From Myxococcota bacterium (GTDB lineage Bacteria > Myxococcota_A > UBA796 > CAJQPC01), in the NCBI GenBank assembly GCA_036229005.1, contig JAZAMN010000054.1:1-64000 (forward strand): 64,000 nt of DNA, given 5' to 3'. The position numbers were made by a program, and so were the translations under genes. The notes below the pieces were generated by a model, which saw only the letters and a program-made list of their open reading frames with translations, was not told where the DNA came from and did not search any database. Positions 49,306-59,307 of the stretch are shown here, piece by piece. Every line of letters starts with the position of its first letter. The stretch's first letter is position 1.

Positions 49306-50071
49306 GCAGCAGCTCCCCGCGGTTCAGGCCGCGCAGCGCGAGCAGCAGCACCAAGGCCACCGCCAGCAGCAGCAGCGCCATGGCCTGGGCCTGCTCCAGA
49401 TCGCGCTCCAGGGCCTGGAAGATGGCCAGGGGCAGGGTCTGGGTGCGCCCCGGCAGGTTGCCCGCGAACATCAGCGTCGCGCCGAACTCCCCCAGCGAGC
49501 GCGCCCACGCCAACCCCGCCGCGCCGACCAGGCCGGGGAGCGCCGTGGGAAGGGCCACCCGGGTGAAGGCCTGCCAGCGGGACGCGCCAAGGGTGCGGGC
49601 GACCAGGAGCAGCTCGGGGTCGACCTCGCGGAGGGAGGAGGAGGCCGCGAGCACGTAGAGCGGGGCGCCCACAACGACCTGGGCCAGCACGACGGCCGCC
49701 ACCGTGAAGGGGATCTCGACCCCCAGCGAGGACAGGCTGGGCCCGAGCAGCCCCTGGCGCCCAAAGGTCTGGAGCAAGGCCACGCCCAGCACCGCCGGCG
49801 GCAGCACCAGCGGCAGCTCCAGCAGCAGGGACAGCGGCCGGGAGGAGCGGGCGTCGGGGCGGGACAGCCACCAGGCCAGGGGCGTGCCCACCAGCACCGA
49901 GATCGCCAGCGCCAGCGCGCTGGTCCACACCGAGAGGCCCAGCGCCTCCAGGGTCCCGGGGCGCTGCAGGGCCGCCCAGAGCGCCACCGGCGAGCTGCCC
50001 GTGAACAGCCCCAGCAGCGGCAGGAGCAGCAGCCCGGCCAACAGCCAGGTCGTGGCGGCGCGCAGCCTCAT
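49298..50071 (-). CDS. modB: Molybdate ABC transporter permease
   Basis: [35 protein letters not shown]. Confidence 0.93.
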   Translation of the reverse strand: MRLRAATTWLLAGLLLLPLLGLFTGSSPVALWAALQRPGTLEALGLSVWTSALALAISVLVGTPLAWWLSRPDARSSRPLSLLLELPLVLPPAVLGVALLQTFGRQGLLGPSLSSLGVEIPFTVAAVVLAQVVVGAPLYVLAASSSLREVDPELLLVARTLGASRWQAFTRVALPTALPGLVGAAGLAWARSLGEFGATLMFAGNLPGRTQTLPLAIFQALERDLEQAQAMALLLLAVALVLLLALRGLNRGELLHG

Positions 50072-50790
50072 GGGGTGGGGGTGAAGCCGTGGCGCTGGAG
50101 GGTCTGGGCCCCCTGGGGAGACGCGAGCAGCGCCAGGAAGGCCTGGGCCGACTGGCTGGGACCGGCGGGGTCCACGGGGGCGATGGCGTAGGTCGGCGCA
50201 GGCGCGAGCTGGGCGGGTACAGGGCTGGCCACGAGCTGCGGGGCCGCCTGCAGATCCGTCGCGTAGACCACGGCGGCGTCGGCCTCCCCCATGGCCACCT
50301 TGGCCAGCACCAGCCGCGTGTTGGACTCCCGCGAGCGCACGGCGGCGCCCATCTGGGCCGCCCACTGGGGCCCATAGGAGTCTCCGGCGGCCGACAGGAG
50401 CTGGTCCGTGTAGCCGCCGATCGGGGAGCTCGGGGTCCCCAGGACCACCCGCCCGGCCTCTGGGAGCGCGCGCAGGGTCAGCGGCCCCGGCCCAGCGAGG
50501 ACGAGCTGGTTCTGCGCGAAGCTGCGGGGGTCCACCGCCAGGCCCTCCTGCTCCAGCGCACCCAGCAGCGCGGTGTCGGCGCTGGCGAGGAGATCCGCCC
50601 GCAGCCCCATCCGGAGCTGGGCGGCGTGGGTCTGGCTGCCCGCGAACACCAGCTCCAGGGAGGTGTCCGGGTGCTGCGCCTGGTACTGGGCGCCCAGCTC
50701 GGTGAAGCCCTCCTGCAGGGAGCTCGCGGCCAGCACGCGCAGGGTGTGGTGGGGCTCGGGCGCGCAGCCCAGGCTCAGCAGCAGCAGCAT
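50068..50790 (-). CDS. modA: Molybdate-binding lipoprotein
   Basis: [25 protein letters not shown]. Confidence 0.92.
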   Translation of the reverse strand: MLLLLSLGCAPEPHHTLRVLAASSLQEGFTELGAQYQAQHPDTSLELVFAGSQTHAAQLRMGLRADLLASADTALLGALEQEGLAVDPRSFAQNQLVLAGPGPLTLRALPEAGRVVLGTPSSPIGGYTDQLLSAAGDSYGPQWAAQMGAAVRSRESNTRLVLAKVAMGEADAAVVYATDLQAAPQLVASPVPAQLAPAPTYAIAPVDPAGPSQSAQAFLALLASPQGAQTLQRHGFTPTP

Positions 50791-51842
50791 CAGGCGGCCA
50801 CCGTGCGCATCGGCCCCAGGCCCTGGAGCTGGTAGGCGCCCATGGCCTGGACCTGGCGGCGGTAGGGCAGGCTCTGGAGGGTGTCGAGCAGGCGCTGGAC
50901 GCCGGGGTGCTGCAGGCCCTGGGCGCTGACCACCAGCTCGAAGCGCTCTTCGGCCAGGGGCACGAACTCCAGGCCCAGGGCGCGGGCCACGGGCTCCACG
51001 ACCACCGCGGCGTGGGCCAGCCCGTGGCGCACCGCGACCGTGGCGTCCATGTGGGTCGCGCAGGCCGGCCCCTGGAGCTGCATGGGGTCCATTCCCTGCG
51101 CCCGCAGCGCGCGCTCCAGCACCCGAGCGGCCCCCGAACCCGCCGGCCGGAGCGCCACCTGGATCCCTGGGTTCAGCAGGTCCTGCACGCCGCGGATCGG
51201 GCTGCCCGGGGGCAGGGCCAGGCCCTCGCGCCAGCCCACCAGCGGCAGGATGTGGGCGTGTCCCAGGCGCTCGCTGACCAGCGCGTCGTGGGTGCTGGGC
51301 GCGTCCAGATCCGCCAAGTGGAGGCCGGCCACGTGCACCCGCCCCTGGCGCAGCAGCTCCAGCGAGCGGCCCGAGGGGAGCTGCAGCCAGCGCGCGGGCT
51401 CCTGCCGGACGAGCAGGCCGACGCCGACCCCCAGGGTGGGCGCGCAGCCGGCGATCAAGGCGCTGGACTGGGCCTCGCTGGGGTCCACCGTCGGCTGGAC
51501 GCGGCCCTGGGCGTCCACCACCCCATCCGCGGGCTCGGTGCTGCCCGGCTCCAGGGCGTGGGCCACCCAGCGCCCGTCGATGTGCCCGAGCACCACGCGC
51601 CTTCCGGCCAGCTCGGGCAGGTGCAGGTCGGGGAGCGCGGGGCCCTCCACCGAGAACAGGGCCTCGACCGAGCAGCCCAGCGCGGCGGCCAGCCGCAGGG
51701 CCACCAGGGTGGAGGGCGTGGAGCGCCCGGACTCGATGGCGGAGAGCGCCTGCCGGCTGATGCCCACGCGCTCGGCCAGGGCGGTCTGGCTGAGGCCCGC
51801 TTGGGCGCGGCGGCGGGGCAGGTCGGTGTGCAGGGTGGCCAT
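50790..51842 (-). CDS. XRE-HTH + PBP substrate-binding-domain regulator of the mod operon
   Basis: [50 protein letters not shown]. Confidence 0.85.
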   Translation of the reverse strand: MATLHTDLPRRRAQAGLSQTALAERVGISRQALSAIESGRSTPSTLVALRLAAALGCSVEALFSVEGPALPDLHLPELAGRRVVLGHIDGRWVAHALEPGSTEPADGVVDAQGRVQPTVDPSEAQSSALIAGCAPTLGVGVGLLVRQEPARWLQLPSGRSLELLRQGRVHVAGLHLADLDAPSTHDALVSERLGHAHILPLVGWREGLALPPGSPIRGVQDLLNPGIQVALRPAGSGAARVLERALRAQGMDPMQLQGPACATHMDATVAVRHGLAHAAVVVEPVARALGLEFVPLAEERFELVVSAQGLQHPGVQRLLDTLQSLPYRRQVQAMGAYQLQGLGPMRTVAA

Positions 51843-51861
51843 CGGCGCCGAATGGTAATGC

Positions 51862-51886
51862 TGACTTGTCAGGACGTAAAGTCAGA
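51862..51886. promoter_or_regulatory. Palindromic operator candidate
   Basis: ctgacttgtcag and ctgactt...aagtcag in the divergent promoter region. Confidence 0.45.
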
Positions 51887-51939
51887 CAACGGGTGACCTC
51901 GCTGGGATAGGGGGTGCAGAGATTGCTTTGGAGGTTGGG

Positions 51940-52461
51940 ATGTTGGTGGTTTGGTCAGTGTTTGCGTGCAGTGAGGTCCCCTCTCCTCCCCCGGAGCCCG
52001 CGGTTGAGGTCGAGGCCAAAGCGCACCCCCAGGACACCCTGGATGGGATGGACAGCCGCACCCCGCTGCCCATGCCGCCGATGATGGCGCTGCACCAGAA
52101 GGAGCAGATGCGCGGCCACCTGGAGGCCACCCAGGAGCTGAGCGCGGCGCTCGCGGAGAGTGACTGGGCGGCGATCGAGGCGGCGGCCTCCAAGCTGGGC
52201 AGTTCGCCGCAGATGGCCATGACCTGCGACCACATGGGCGCGGCGGCCGAGGGCTTCACCCCCCAGGCGCTGGACTTCCACGCGCGGGCCGACAAGATCG
52301 TGGAGGCCGCCCAGGCCCAGGACCAGCAGGCGGTGCTCGCGGCGACGGCAGACACCCTGGCGGCGTGCACGGCCTGCCACAACACCTGGCGGCAGCAGAT
52401 CGTGAGTCCGGAGGCCTATGCGGAGCTGACGGGGGGTGCGGGGCCGATGGGGCATCACTGA
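51940..52461 (+). CDS. Cytochrome c'-like (class II) lipoprotein
   Basis: Helical, C-terminal CTACH. VFAC lipobox. Confidence 0.75.
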   Translation: MLVVWSVFACSEVPSPPPEPAVEVEAKAHPQDTLDGMDSRTPLPMPPMMALHQKEQMRGHLEATQELSAALAESDWAAIEAAASKLGSSPQMAMTCDHMGAAAEGFTPQALDFHARADKIVEAAQAQDQQAVLAATADTLAACTACHNTWRQQIVSPEAYAELTGGAGPMGHH

Positions 52462-52493
52462 GGCTGTGGCAAGATGCCGGCAGGGAGGCGCAC

Positions 52494-53099
52494 ATGATCC
52501 TGCTGCTGGCGCTCCGCGGTGGGCTCCGAGCAGGTCGTGAACGTGACCGATGAATGGTGGCCGGTCTCCGCCAAGCTGGACGTCTCGGATCTGGCGTTCT
52601 CGGGCACCGGGGACTTCGAAGGAGTTGGGCTTACCGACGCCAGCCTGATCTGGTTCGAGGGCCGACAGGACGGCTGGCAGCTGGTGCTCCCTGGTGCAGA
52701 CATCGGGCCCCCCGGAGCAGAGCTCGGGAAGAGCAACACGGTGCTTCACTACGGCCAGGACACCGCCCCCCCTCCTCGCTGTTCGCCGGCTTCCTGGGAG
52801 ACCTGGACGCAGACGGCCGAGACGACCTGTGGATGGGCGCGAGGCCTCTCGTTGAGGGCGAGCTCCGCACCTTCCTGACCACCGAGCTGAGCCTGGGGCG
52901 GCCCTTGGCTTGGGACGACCACGAGACCGCGCTGACCTCGGAGGTGGCCGACGATCTGCTCGGAGACTGCATGGTCGACGTCGGGGACATGGACGCAGAC
53001 GGGAAGGACGATTTCCTGGCCTGCTCCCCGGGCTTCCCCCTGGGGCCGGTTCTATCCAGGCTGCGACTGCGCGAGCGTCCCCATGGCCTTGGCGACTGA
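52494..53099 (+). pseudogene. Frameshifted FG-GAP/integrin-like repeat gene remnant
   Basis: RBS and MILLLA start. Coding-like segments continue in two other frames, ending in GDLDADGRDDLWMGA and GDMDADGKDDFLACSPG. Confidence 0.6.
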
Positions 53100-53610
53100 C
53101 CAGGCGCTGACGATGTGAAGCCCACCACAAGCCGTACAGGGATCGTTGAAGTCGTAGATGTCCATTCCGACGTGTCCGCACTCGCAGACGCCGACCTGCT
53201 GCAGCGCTCCGTTCCCCGACGGGCACGGGATGTGAGTCCAGTTCCTCTTCCGGGGGCTGGGGTACTCCTCCGGCAGCGGCTGGATCCCGGGGCCCTGGAT
53301 GCCCATCTCGAGAAGGGCGGCGTCCGCATAGGCGCAGGCACTCTTCTCGTCAGGGAACCCCATCGACTCAACGGGGTGATTGGTGCCGTGGGGGAACACC
53401 ACCTTCCATCCCGCGGTCGGACCGGCAGGCACCACAAACACCATCGGGATGGTAGGGATGCTGGAGTTGACTCGGCAGAACGAGTTCGGAAGAGGGGTGG
53501 CCGAGGGACGCCACGGGGACAGGGATGCGGGGTTCATTGGAGTGCTCCTTCGCAAAGACACCTTAGTGACCCAGGCGACCAAAAACTGTCCGCCCGATCA
53601 CGCCGGGCCG

Positions 53611-53670
53611 ACGGGGGGTGATCCCGGCTCCGCCGGGGTTCAGGGGGGTCGCGAGACCCCCATAGAGAAA
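53611..53670 (+). repeat. Partial copy (3' hairpins) of the structured repeat
   Basis: ggggggtgatcccggctccgccggggttcaggggggtcgcgagacccccatagagaaa. Confidence 0.85.
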
Positions 53671-54527
53671 CCTCTCCAGCGCTCCGCCTGCTCCACCAGC
53701 CACTCCCGCACCGCCCGCACCCTGGGCACCTGGCGCAGGCTGCGGTGGTAGACCATCAGCAGGGCGTAGGTGGGCAGCTCCGGGGCCTTGAGGGGGACGC
53801 GCACCAGGCCCTGGGCGACGGCGGGGCTGATGATGCCGGCGGCGGTCCCGGAGTGGATGGCGGCGTGCAGCAGGCTCCAGCTCGACACGCGGGTCAGGTG
53901 GCGCGGGTGCGCGTGGGCCATCAGCCAGCGGGTCTCGTCATAGCGCAGCTCGGGGTCGTGCAGGGCCACCCAGGGCAGCTCATCGACGCGGGTGCGGGCC
54001 AGCAAGTCGGGGTGGACGTAGGCGGCCAGGGGGATGCGCAGCAGCTCGCGGACCACCAGGTCGGGGGCCGTGGGCGGGATGAAGCGCAGAGCCAGATCGG
54101 CCTCGCCGCGGACGAGATCCAGGACCTCGGTGCCGGCGAGCAGGTCCAGCTCCAGCTCGGGGTGGCGCGCGCGGAGCTCCGGGAGCCCCGGCAGAAGCAG
54201 GTGGGGCCCCAGTCCGTCCACCAGGGCCAGCCGCACCCGGCCACGGGGGGCGGACTCGTAGCCTGAGGCCACCCGCTGGATCTCCCGCATCTGCTCGCCG
54301 ATGGCGCGGGCGTGGGGGGCCAGCTCCAGGGCCAGGGCAGTGGGGGCGAGGCCCTCGGGTCGGCGGTCGAAGAGGATGCCCTGGACCACCTCTTCCAGCC
54401 TCTGCAGCCGACGGGAAGCGGTGGACTGACTGACCCCGAGCGAGGACGCAGCGCGCGAGAGCGAGCCGGTGTCCAGAGCGGCGAGCAGGAGGGCCAGGTC
54501 CTCCCAGGCGGCGTCGGTGAAGTGCAT
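53640..54527 (-). CDS. LysR family regulator
   Basis: WEDL...GSLSRAA...SQSTASRRL..LE, EADLALR. Confidence 0.92.
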   Translation of the reverse strand: MHFTDAAWEDLALLLAALDTGSLSRAASSLGVSQSTASRRLQRLEEVVQGILFDRRPEGLAPTALALELAPHARAIGEQMREIQRVASGYESAPRGRVRLALVDGLGPHLLLPGLPELRARHPELELDLLAGTEVLDLVRGEADLALRFIPPTAPDLVVRELLRIPLAAYVHPDLLARTRVDELPWVALHDPELRYDETRWLMAHAHPRHLTRVSSWSLLHAAIHSGTAAGIISPAVAQGLVRVPLKAPELPTYALLMVYHRSLRQVPRVRAVREWLVEQAERWRGFSMGVSRPP

Positions 54528-54537
54528 GGGCCACCCT

Positions 54538-54593
54538 ATCCGAAAGCGGATGGATAGGACCCGATATGGGGCCCTCCCCATCCGACCGTGGAT
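54538..54593. promoter_or_regulatory. Two ATCC-N6-GGAT palindromes, candidate LysR sites
   Basis: atccgaaagcggat (54538-54551) and atccgaccgtggat (54580-54593), 42 bp apart. Confidence 0.45.
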
Positions 54594-54620
54594 ACGCAAA
54601 ATTGGCGGCAGGAGGTCCCG

Positions 54621-55292
54621 ATGACCAAGCCCCGCCGCAGCTTTCCCCCCGCCCCCACCCAAGCCCGTGCGCTGCTGATCAGCGCCCACCCCTTCACCGA
54701 CAGCTTCTCTCACGCTCTGGGGCTGGCCTGGGCAGAGGGCGCCCGCAGTCAGGGCGTGGAGGTCCAGGTGCTCCGCCTGGCCGAGCTGGACTTCGACCCG
54801 GCGCTCCACACCGCCTACCGCGAGGATCAGCCTCTGGAGCCCGACCTGGTGCAGGCCCGCGACGCCATCGCCCAGGCCGCGCACTTGAGCATCGCCACGC
54901 CGCTGTGGTGGAGCAGCGTGCCCGCCCAGCTCAAGGGCTTCTTTGACCGGGTGCTGCTGCCGGGCTGGGCCTTCCGCTACGAGAACGACCGGCCCGTGGG
55001 CGGCCTGAGCGGGCGCAGCGGCCGACTGCTGATGACCATGGACGCGCCCACCTGGTACGACAGCGCGCTGAACTTTGGCGCGGGCCGCCGACAGGTGGCG
55101 CAGGGGGTGATGCGCTTCTGCGGCATCAAGCCGACGCGGGTGAGCGCCTTCGGCGACGTCCGCATGTCCTCGCCGGCGCAGAGGGTGCAGATGTTGGAGA
55201 AGGCCCAGAGGGCGGGGGTTGAGGACGGGGCCTCGGTGCGCCAGAGGCTCCCCTCCCCTGCCCTTGAATCCGCCGGACGAGCCGCGAGCTGA
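54621..55292 (+). CDS. NAD(P)H-dependent oxidoreductase (flavodoxin-2/MdaB-like)
   Basis: HP...SFS, PLWWSSVPAQLKGFFDRV..PGWAF. Confidence 0.92.
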   Translation: MTKPRRSFPPAPTQARALLISAHPFTDSFSHALGLAWAEGARSQGVEVQVLRLAELDFDPALHTAYREDQPLEPDLVQARDAIAQAAHLSIATPLWWSSVPAQLKGFFDRVLLPGWAFRYENDRPVGGLSGRSGRLLMTMDAPTWYDSALNFGAGRRQVAQGVMRFCGIKPTRVSAFGDVRMSSPAQRVQMLEKAQRAGVEDGASVRQRLPSPALESAGRAAS

Positions 55293-55300
55293 CGCGGCGC

Positions 55301-55567
55301 TCAGAGGAGGAAGGCCACCAGCGCGGGCAGGGTCAGGCCGGCCCAGATGCCCAGCGCGCGCTTGCCGGTGGCGACGTGCAGCAGCGCGAAGCCGACCAGG
55401 GGCCAGGCCAGGAAGAAGCCCAGGTAGGCGATCGCGAAGCTCCACTCCAGGCCGAAGGGGGCCCAGCGGCCCAGCGCGAGGCTCCAGAGCAGCACCATCA
55501 ACAGGGAGCCGACGGTGGCCACCAGGCTGCGCAGCTTGCTGTGTTCCTTGGACTTCCAGCGCAACAT
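55301..55567 (-). CDS. Small membrane protein of the PepSY operon
   Basis: TGATG coupling to the PepSY gene. Three hydrophobic helices. Confidence 0.6.
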   Translation of the reverse strand: MLRWKSKEHSKLRSLVATVGSLLMVLLWSLALGRWAPFGLEWSFAIAYLGFFLAWPLVGFALLHVATGKRALGIWAGLTLPALVAFLL

Positions 55568-57087
55568 CAGGCCACCTCCAGGCGGCGGTTGAGGGCCCAG
55601 GCCAGGGCGGCGCAGCAGACGGCCCCGAGCAGGAGGGAGAGGTCCACGGCGAGCAGCATGGGTCGGCCCACCGCCAGGGACCAGGAGGACTCGGGCACCG
55701 CGAAGGCGCTCAGCACGCCAGCGAGGACGAGGGCACCCGCCGACACCCCCAGCAGCCAGACCGCGCTGCGGCCCGCGCGCTTGACCACGATGAGGACACC
55801 GGAGGCCACCCACGCGCCGTAGAGGACCGCGCTGTCCAGCCAGGGGAGCTCGAGGCCCCCGAGTTCGCCGAGCTGTCGGCTGGCCAGGCCCAGCGACATG
55901 GCGGCGAAGAGCCCGGCCGTGGAGAAGACGGTGGTGCCGGTGACGCCTCGCCGCAGCCCGCTGGGCTTCTGGGTCTTGGCCCACAGGGAGACCCCGAAGG
56001 CCCCGAGCCCGACGCAGCCCAGCGCGACGAGCACGTAGGCCCACTGCACGATGGCCCCGCCCACCGCCCCCGGGCCCCAGTTGCCAAAGTGCGCGGCGAT
56101 GCCCCAGCGGTTCACCACCGTCGCGGGGAGGTCCAGGCTGCGCTCCGAGACGCGCAGGACCTGGCGGTCGGCGACGCTCAGGTCCACCTGGGCGCCCAGC
56201 TCCACCCAGCCGGGCTGGATGCCGTAGACCAGGGCGGCGGTGTCCTCGGCGCCGATGTGGCGGATGCCCATCCAGTGCAGGTCCAAGCCGGGGATCTCGG
56301 CCTGGGCGGCCTGGACCAGCGCCGGCACCTGGGGGTCGGCCCAGTCACTGCTCTGTTCGCCTACAGGGACGGGCCAGTCGTAGCCCATCTGCCGGAAGGC
56401 CTCGGTCTGGTCGCCGTCGAAGGTCTTGAGGAGGTGGGCGCCCGCCAGGGGGTTGGCCAGGCCCAGCAGGGCGCCGGTGATGGCCAGGATCGCCAGGGGG
56501 ACCGCCAGCAGGGTCCCCAGGAGGGTGTGCCAGTCGGCCCTGCGGGCGCGCTCAGGCTTGGTGCGTACGCGGCCGAATCGGCGGAAGAGGTCCCGCAGGT
56601 GGACCCCGATGCCGCTGAGCACGGCGCTGAAGATCAAGAGGCCCAGCACGCCGGCCACGTAGATCCCGCCGGGGAGCTGGTGGAAGAAGTGCAGGCCGTA
56701 GATCTGGCCGATGAGGTCGCTGCGGCGGGGGTGGGCCTGGCCGGTGCTGCCGTCGACCCAGAGCTCGGTGGGGTCCTCCTCGTGGTGGTGGAACTCGACG
56801 AGCGCCATGCCGGTGGGGCCCAGGGGTGCGTGCACCTCGACCCACTCGAAGGTGTCCCGGGGCACGGGATCCAGGACCCGGGCCAGCGAGGCGGACTCGG
56901 GGCCGCGGCGGGCGGGGCCTTCGCCCCAGGCTTCCAGGGTGTGGTGCCAGGGCAGCAGAATGCCCGTGGTGAACACCACCAACATCAGCGGGGCCAGGAG
57001 CAGGCCGACGGCGCTGTGGGCGTCCCAGAGCAGGCGCAGGCTGCGCTTGCCGAGGGGGTGCGGCCGGGTCGTGGGGGTCTTGTTCAT
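55567..57087 (-). CDS. PepSY-associated TM helix protein
   Basis: HSAVGL, LHF, WHTLLG, HFGNWG His-containing TM motifs. Confidence 0.88.
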   Translation of the reverse strand: MNKTPTTRPHPLGKRSLRLLWDAHSAVGLLLAPLMLVVFTTGILLPWHHTLEAWGEGPARRGPESASLARVLDPVPRDTFEWVEVHAPLGPTGMALVEFHHHEEDPTELWVDGSTGQAHPRRSDLIGQIYGLHFFHQLPGGIYVAGVLGLLIFSAVLSGIGVHLRDLFRRFGRVRTKPERARRADWHTLLGTLLAVPLAILAITGALLGLANPLAGAHLLKTFDGDQTEAFRQMGYDWPVPVGEQSSDWADPQVPALVQAAQAEIPGLDLHWMGIRHIGAEDTAALVYGIQPGWVELGAQVDLSVADRQVLRVSERSLDLPATVVNRWGIAAHFGNWGPGAVGGAIVQWAYVLVALGCVGLGAFGVSLWAKTQKPSGLRRGVTGTTVFSTAGLFAAMSLGLASRQLGELGGLELPWLDSAVLYGAWVASGVLIVVKRAGRSAVWLLGVSAGALVLAGVLSAFAVPESSWSLAVGRPMLLAVDLSLLLGAVCCAALAWALNRRLEVA

Positions 57088-57088
57088 C

Positions 57089-59218
57089 TCACCACCGAGT
57101 CGAGAGCTTCGCGTTGAAGGTGCGCCCGGGGCGCTGCACCCCGTAGAGGTCGAAGGTGGGCGCATCCAGGAGGTTCCAGACCTCCAGGGACAGGGTCACC
57201 CCGCGCTCGTGGGGCTGCAGCCGCACCCAGGTGCCGGCGTTCCAGACCTGCTGGCTGGGGATCACCTGCTTGGTCTCCGCGGCCCCCGCGCTCTCCCAGG
57301 AGCGCGTGAAGCTGTGGATGTAGCGGGTGCTCAGATCCGCCCCGAAGCCCAGCCCCGAGGGGCGCTCCGGGCTGGCCACCCAGGCCCGGGCGCTGGTGTC
57401 CAGGGTGGGCCGGTTGGGGATGAGGTCCCCCGCGTAGCGCGAGAAGCTGCCCGACTCGGAGGCGTTGCGCAGCGCCATCCAGCCACCCTGGGCGCTCAGG
57501 CCGACGCGCTCGCTGTAGCCCCAGGCCACGCTGCCCTGCAGGCCGCGCCCCCGCGCCTCGTAGACGTTCTGCCACTGCTGCGTGATGTTGTTGCTCATCA
57601 GCACGACGAGCTGGTCCGCGTTCCGGGTCACGCCCCGCACCGAGACGTCAACGCTGTGGCCGCCCCAGCCCAGCCCGGAGGCGCCCAGCTCCAGGTTGGT
57701 GTTCAGGCTGCGCTCGGGCTGCAGCGCGATGTTCGACTGGACCAGCACGCCGTCGCCGAACACCTCGTCCGGGGTGGGCAGGCGCAGCGCGTGCTCGACG
57801 GAGGCCTTGGCGTAGAGCGGCCCGCCGGCGGACCACAAGGCGCTCCCGCCTGCCCCCCAGCGGCGCAGGGACACGCTGCGCTCGTCGTAGAAGTAGTCCA
57901 CCACGCCGGCGAGCTCGGCCGCGTAGCCGTAGCCCTTGCCAAAGAACTCAAGCTGCAGGCGGTCCTGCAGGAAGAAGCCGCTCCAGGACAGGCCCACCAC
58001 GCTGCGCCGCTGAAGCTGCTCGGTCTCGAAGGGGTCCCGGGTGTCCGGGTCGTTGCCCAGGTAGAGGTCGTCGCCCAGGCGCCGGGTGAGCTGCAAGGTG
58101 GCCGAAGCCTCCAGGCTGGAGCGCGGGCCGAGCACGAGCCCCGCGTTCAGCCGCGCGTAGCCGGCGTGCTGCCAGGTGAAGCGCTCGGCGGCGTCCCCCA
58201 GCTCCCCGGGGCTGGGCCGGTCCCGAACGACCTCGCCGTACCAGTCGTAGACCACGTCGGACTGGTCGGAGAACCAGGTCTCCCGCCAGGACCACGCGGC
58301 CAGCGCGGACGCGGTGAAGGGGGCCCGGTTCAGGGTCCAGCGGGCCGTCGCCCCCCGCGCGCTGCGGGCGGTCTGGACCTCGCCGTAGGGGATGGTCATC
58401 ACCAGGTTGTGGGGCAGACCCTTCTCCAGCTCGGAGGCCAACACGCGCAGCTCCGCCCGGTCGGCCCAGGGGCGGTCCGCCACCCCGACCACCACCCGGC
58501 CCCCCACCCCCTGGTATTGGCCGTTGATGCGCGGGAGGCTCACGGGCACGGTCTGCCCGCTGAGGTCCGCGATCTCCACGTCCACCGGCCAGTCGTTGTC
58601 GGCCTGGTCGTAGAAGGCCGCGCCCTCCACGTACAGCCCGCTGGGCCCGTGCATCCAGGCCGCCCGCGCCGCCGCCCGCCGCGTCCCCCAGGAGCCGAGC
58701 TGGAGGCTCGCGCTGCCATGGAGGCCGGCCTCGGGCGCCTGGGTCTCCAGCGCGATGGCCCCGCCCAACGCGTCAGCCCCCAGGCGGATGGGGACGACGC
58801 CGTGATGCACCTCCATGGCCTGAACCAGGTCCATCGGGACATCCGCCAGGGTGGTCCCCAGGCCGGTGTACTCCAGGGGGACGCCGTCCAGGAGCACGCG
58901 GATCTGGTCCCCGGTGAAGCCGTCCAGGTTGATGCGCTGGCTGGCCCCCAGCCCCCCGCTGCGCTGGACGATGACGCCCTCCTGCTCGCCCAGGACCTGC
59001 CCCAGATCGGCGCTGCGGGCCTGGGCAGCCTCAAGCTCCACGCGCTCCACGGCCTCGGTGCTGAGGGTGGCGCTCTTTCGCTGGGCGGTGACGACGACCA
59101 CGTCTTCGTCGGCAGCGGGCGCGCTGTCCCGTGCGGGCTCCGTGTCGGACGACGGCTCGTCCTCCGCCCAAGCCGAGGCAGAGAGCGTCAACAGGATGGA
59201 CCAGCCGGACAGCAGCAC
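57089..59218 (-). CDS. TonB-dependent receptor
   Basis: VVVTAQ, RSGGLG, GADALGGAI, LQPERS, NLLD...QRPGR. C-terminal W. Confidence 0.93.
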   Translation of the reverse strand: MLLSGWSILLTLSASAWAEDEPSSDTEPARDSAPAADEDVVVVTAQRKSATLSTEAVERVELEAAQARSADLGQVLGEQEGVIVQRSGGLGASQRINLDGFTGDQIRVLLDGVPLEYTGLGTTLADVPMDLVQAMEVHHGVVPIRLGADALGGAIALETQAPEAGLHGSASLQLGSWGTRRAAARAAWMHGPSGLYVEGAAFYDQADNDWPVDVEIADLSGQTVPVSLPRINGQYQGVGGRVVVGVADRPWADRAELRVLASELEKGLPHNLVMTIPYGEVQTARSARGATARWTLNRAPFTASALAAWSWRETWFSDQSDVVYDWYGEVVRDRPSPGELGDAAERFTWQHAGYARLNAGLVLGPRSSLEASATLQLTRRLGDDLYLGNDPDTRDPFETEQLQRRSVVGLSWSGFFLQDRLQLEFFGKGYGYAAELAGVVDYFYDERSVSLRRWGAGGSALWSAGGPLYAKASVEHALRLPTPDEVFGDGVLVQSNIALQPERSLNTNLELGASGLGWGGHSVDVSVRGVTRNADQLVVLMSNNITQQWQNVYEARGRGLQGSVAWGYSERVGLSAQGGWMALRNASESGSFSRYAGDLIPNRPTLDTSARAWVASPERPSGLGFGADLSTRYIHSFTRSWESAGAAETKQVIPSQQVWNAGTWVRLQPHERGVTLSLEVWNLLDAPTFDLYGVQRPGRTFNAKLSTRW

Positions 59219-59238
59219 AATGACCTCGCTGGCGCCCC

Positions 59239-59279
59239 TTATTGAAATCTCTGTTGACTTGCAATTTCATTTCCAATAG
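59239..59279. promoter_or_regulatory. Fur-box-like AT-rich site in divergent promoter
   Basis: ttattgaaatctctgttgacttgcaatttcatttccaatag, with TTGCAA..CATTTCCAA dyad, between iron-uptake-type genes. Confidence 0.6.
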
Positions 59280-59307
59280 TTGGGCCGGCCAACCCCAGGA
59301 GCACCAG

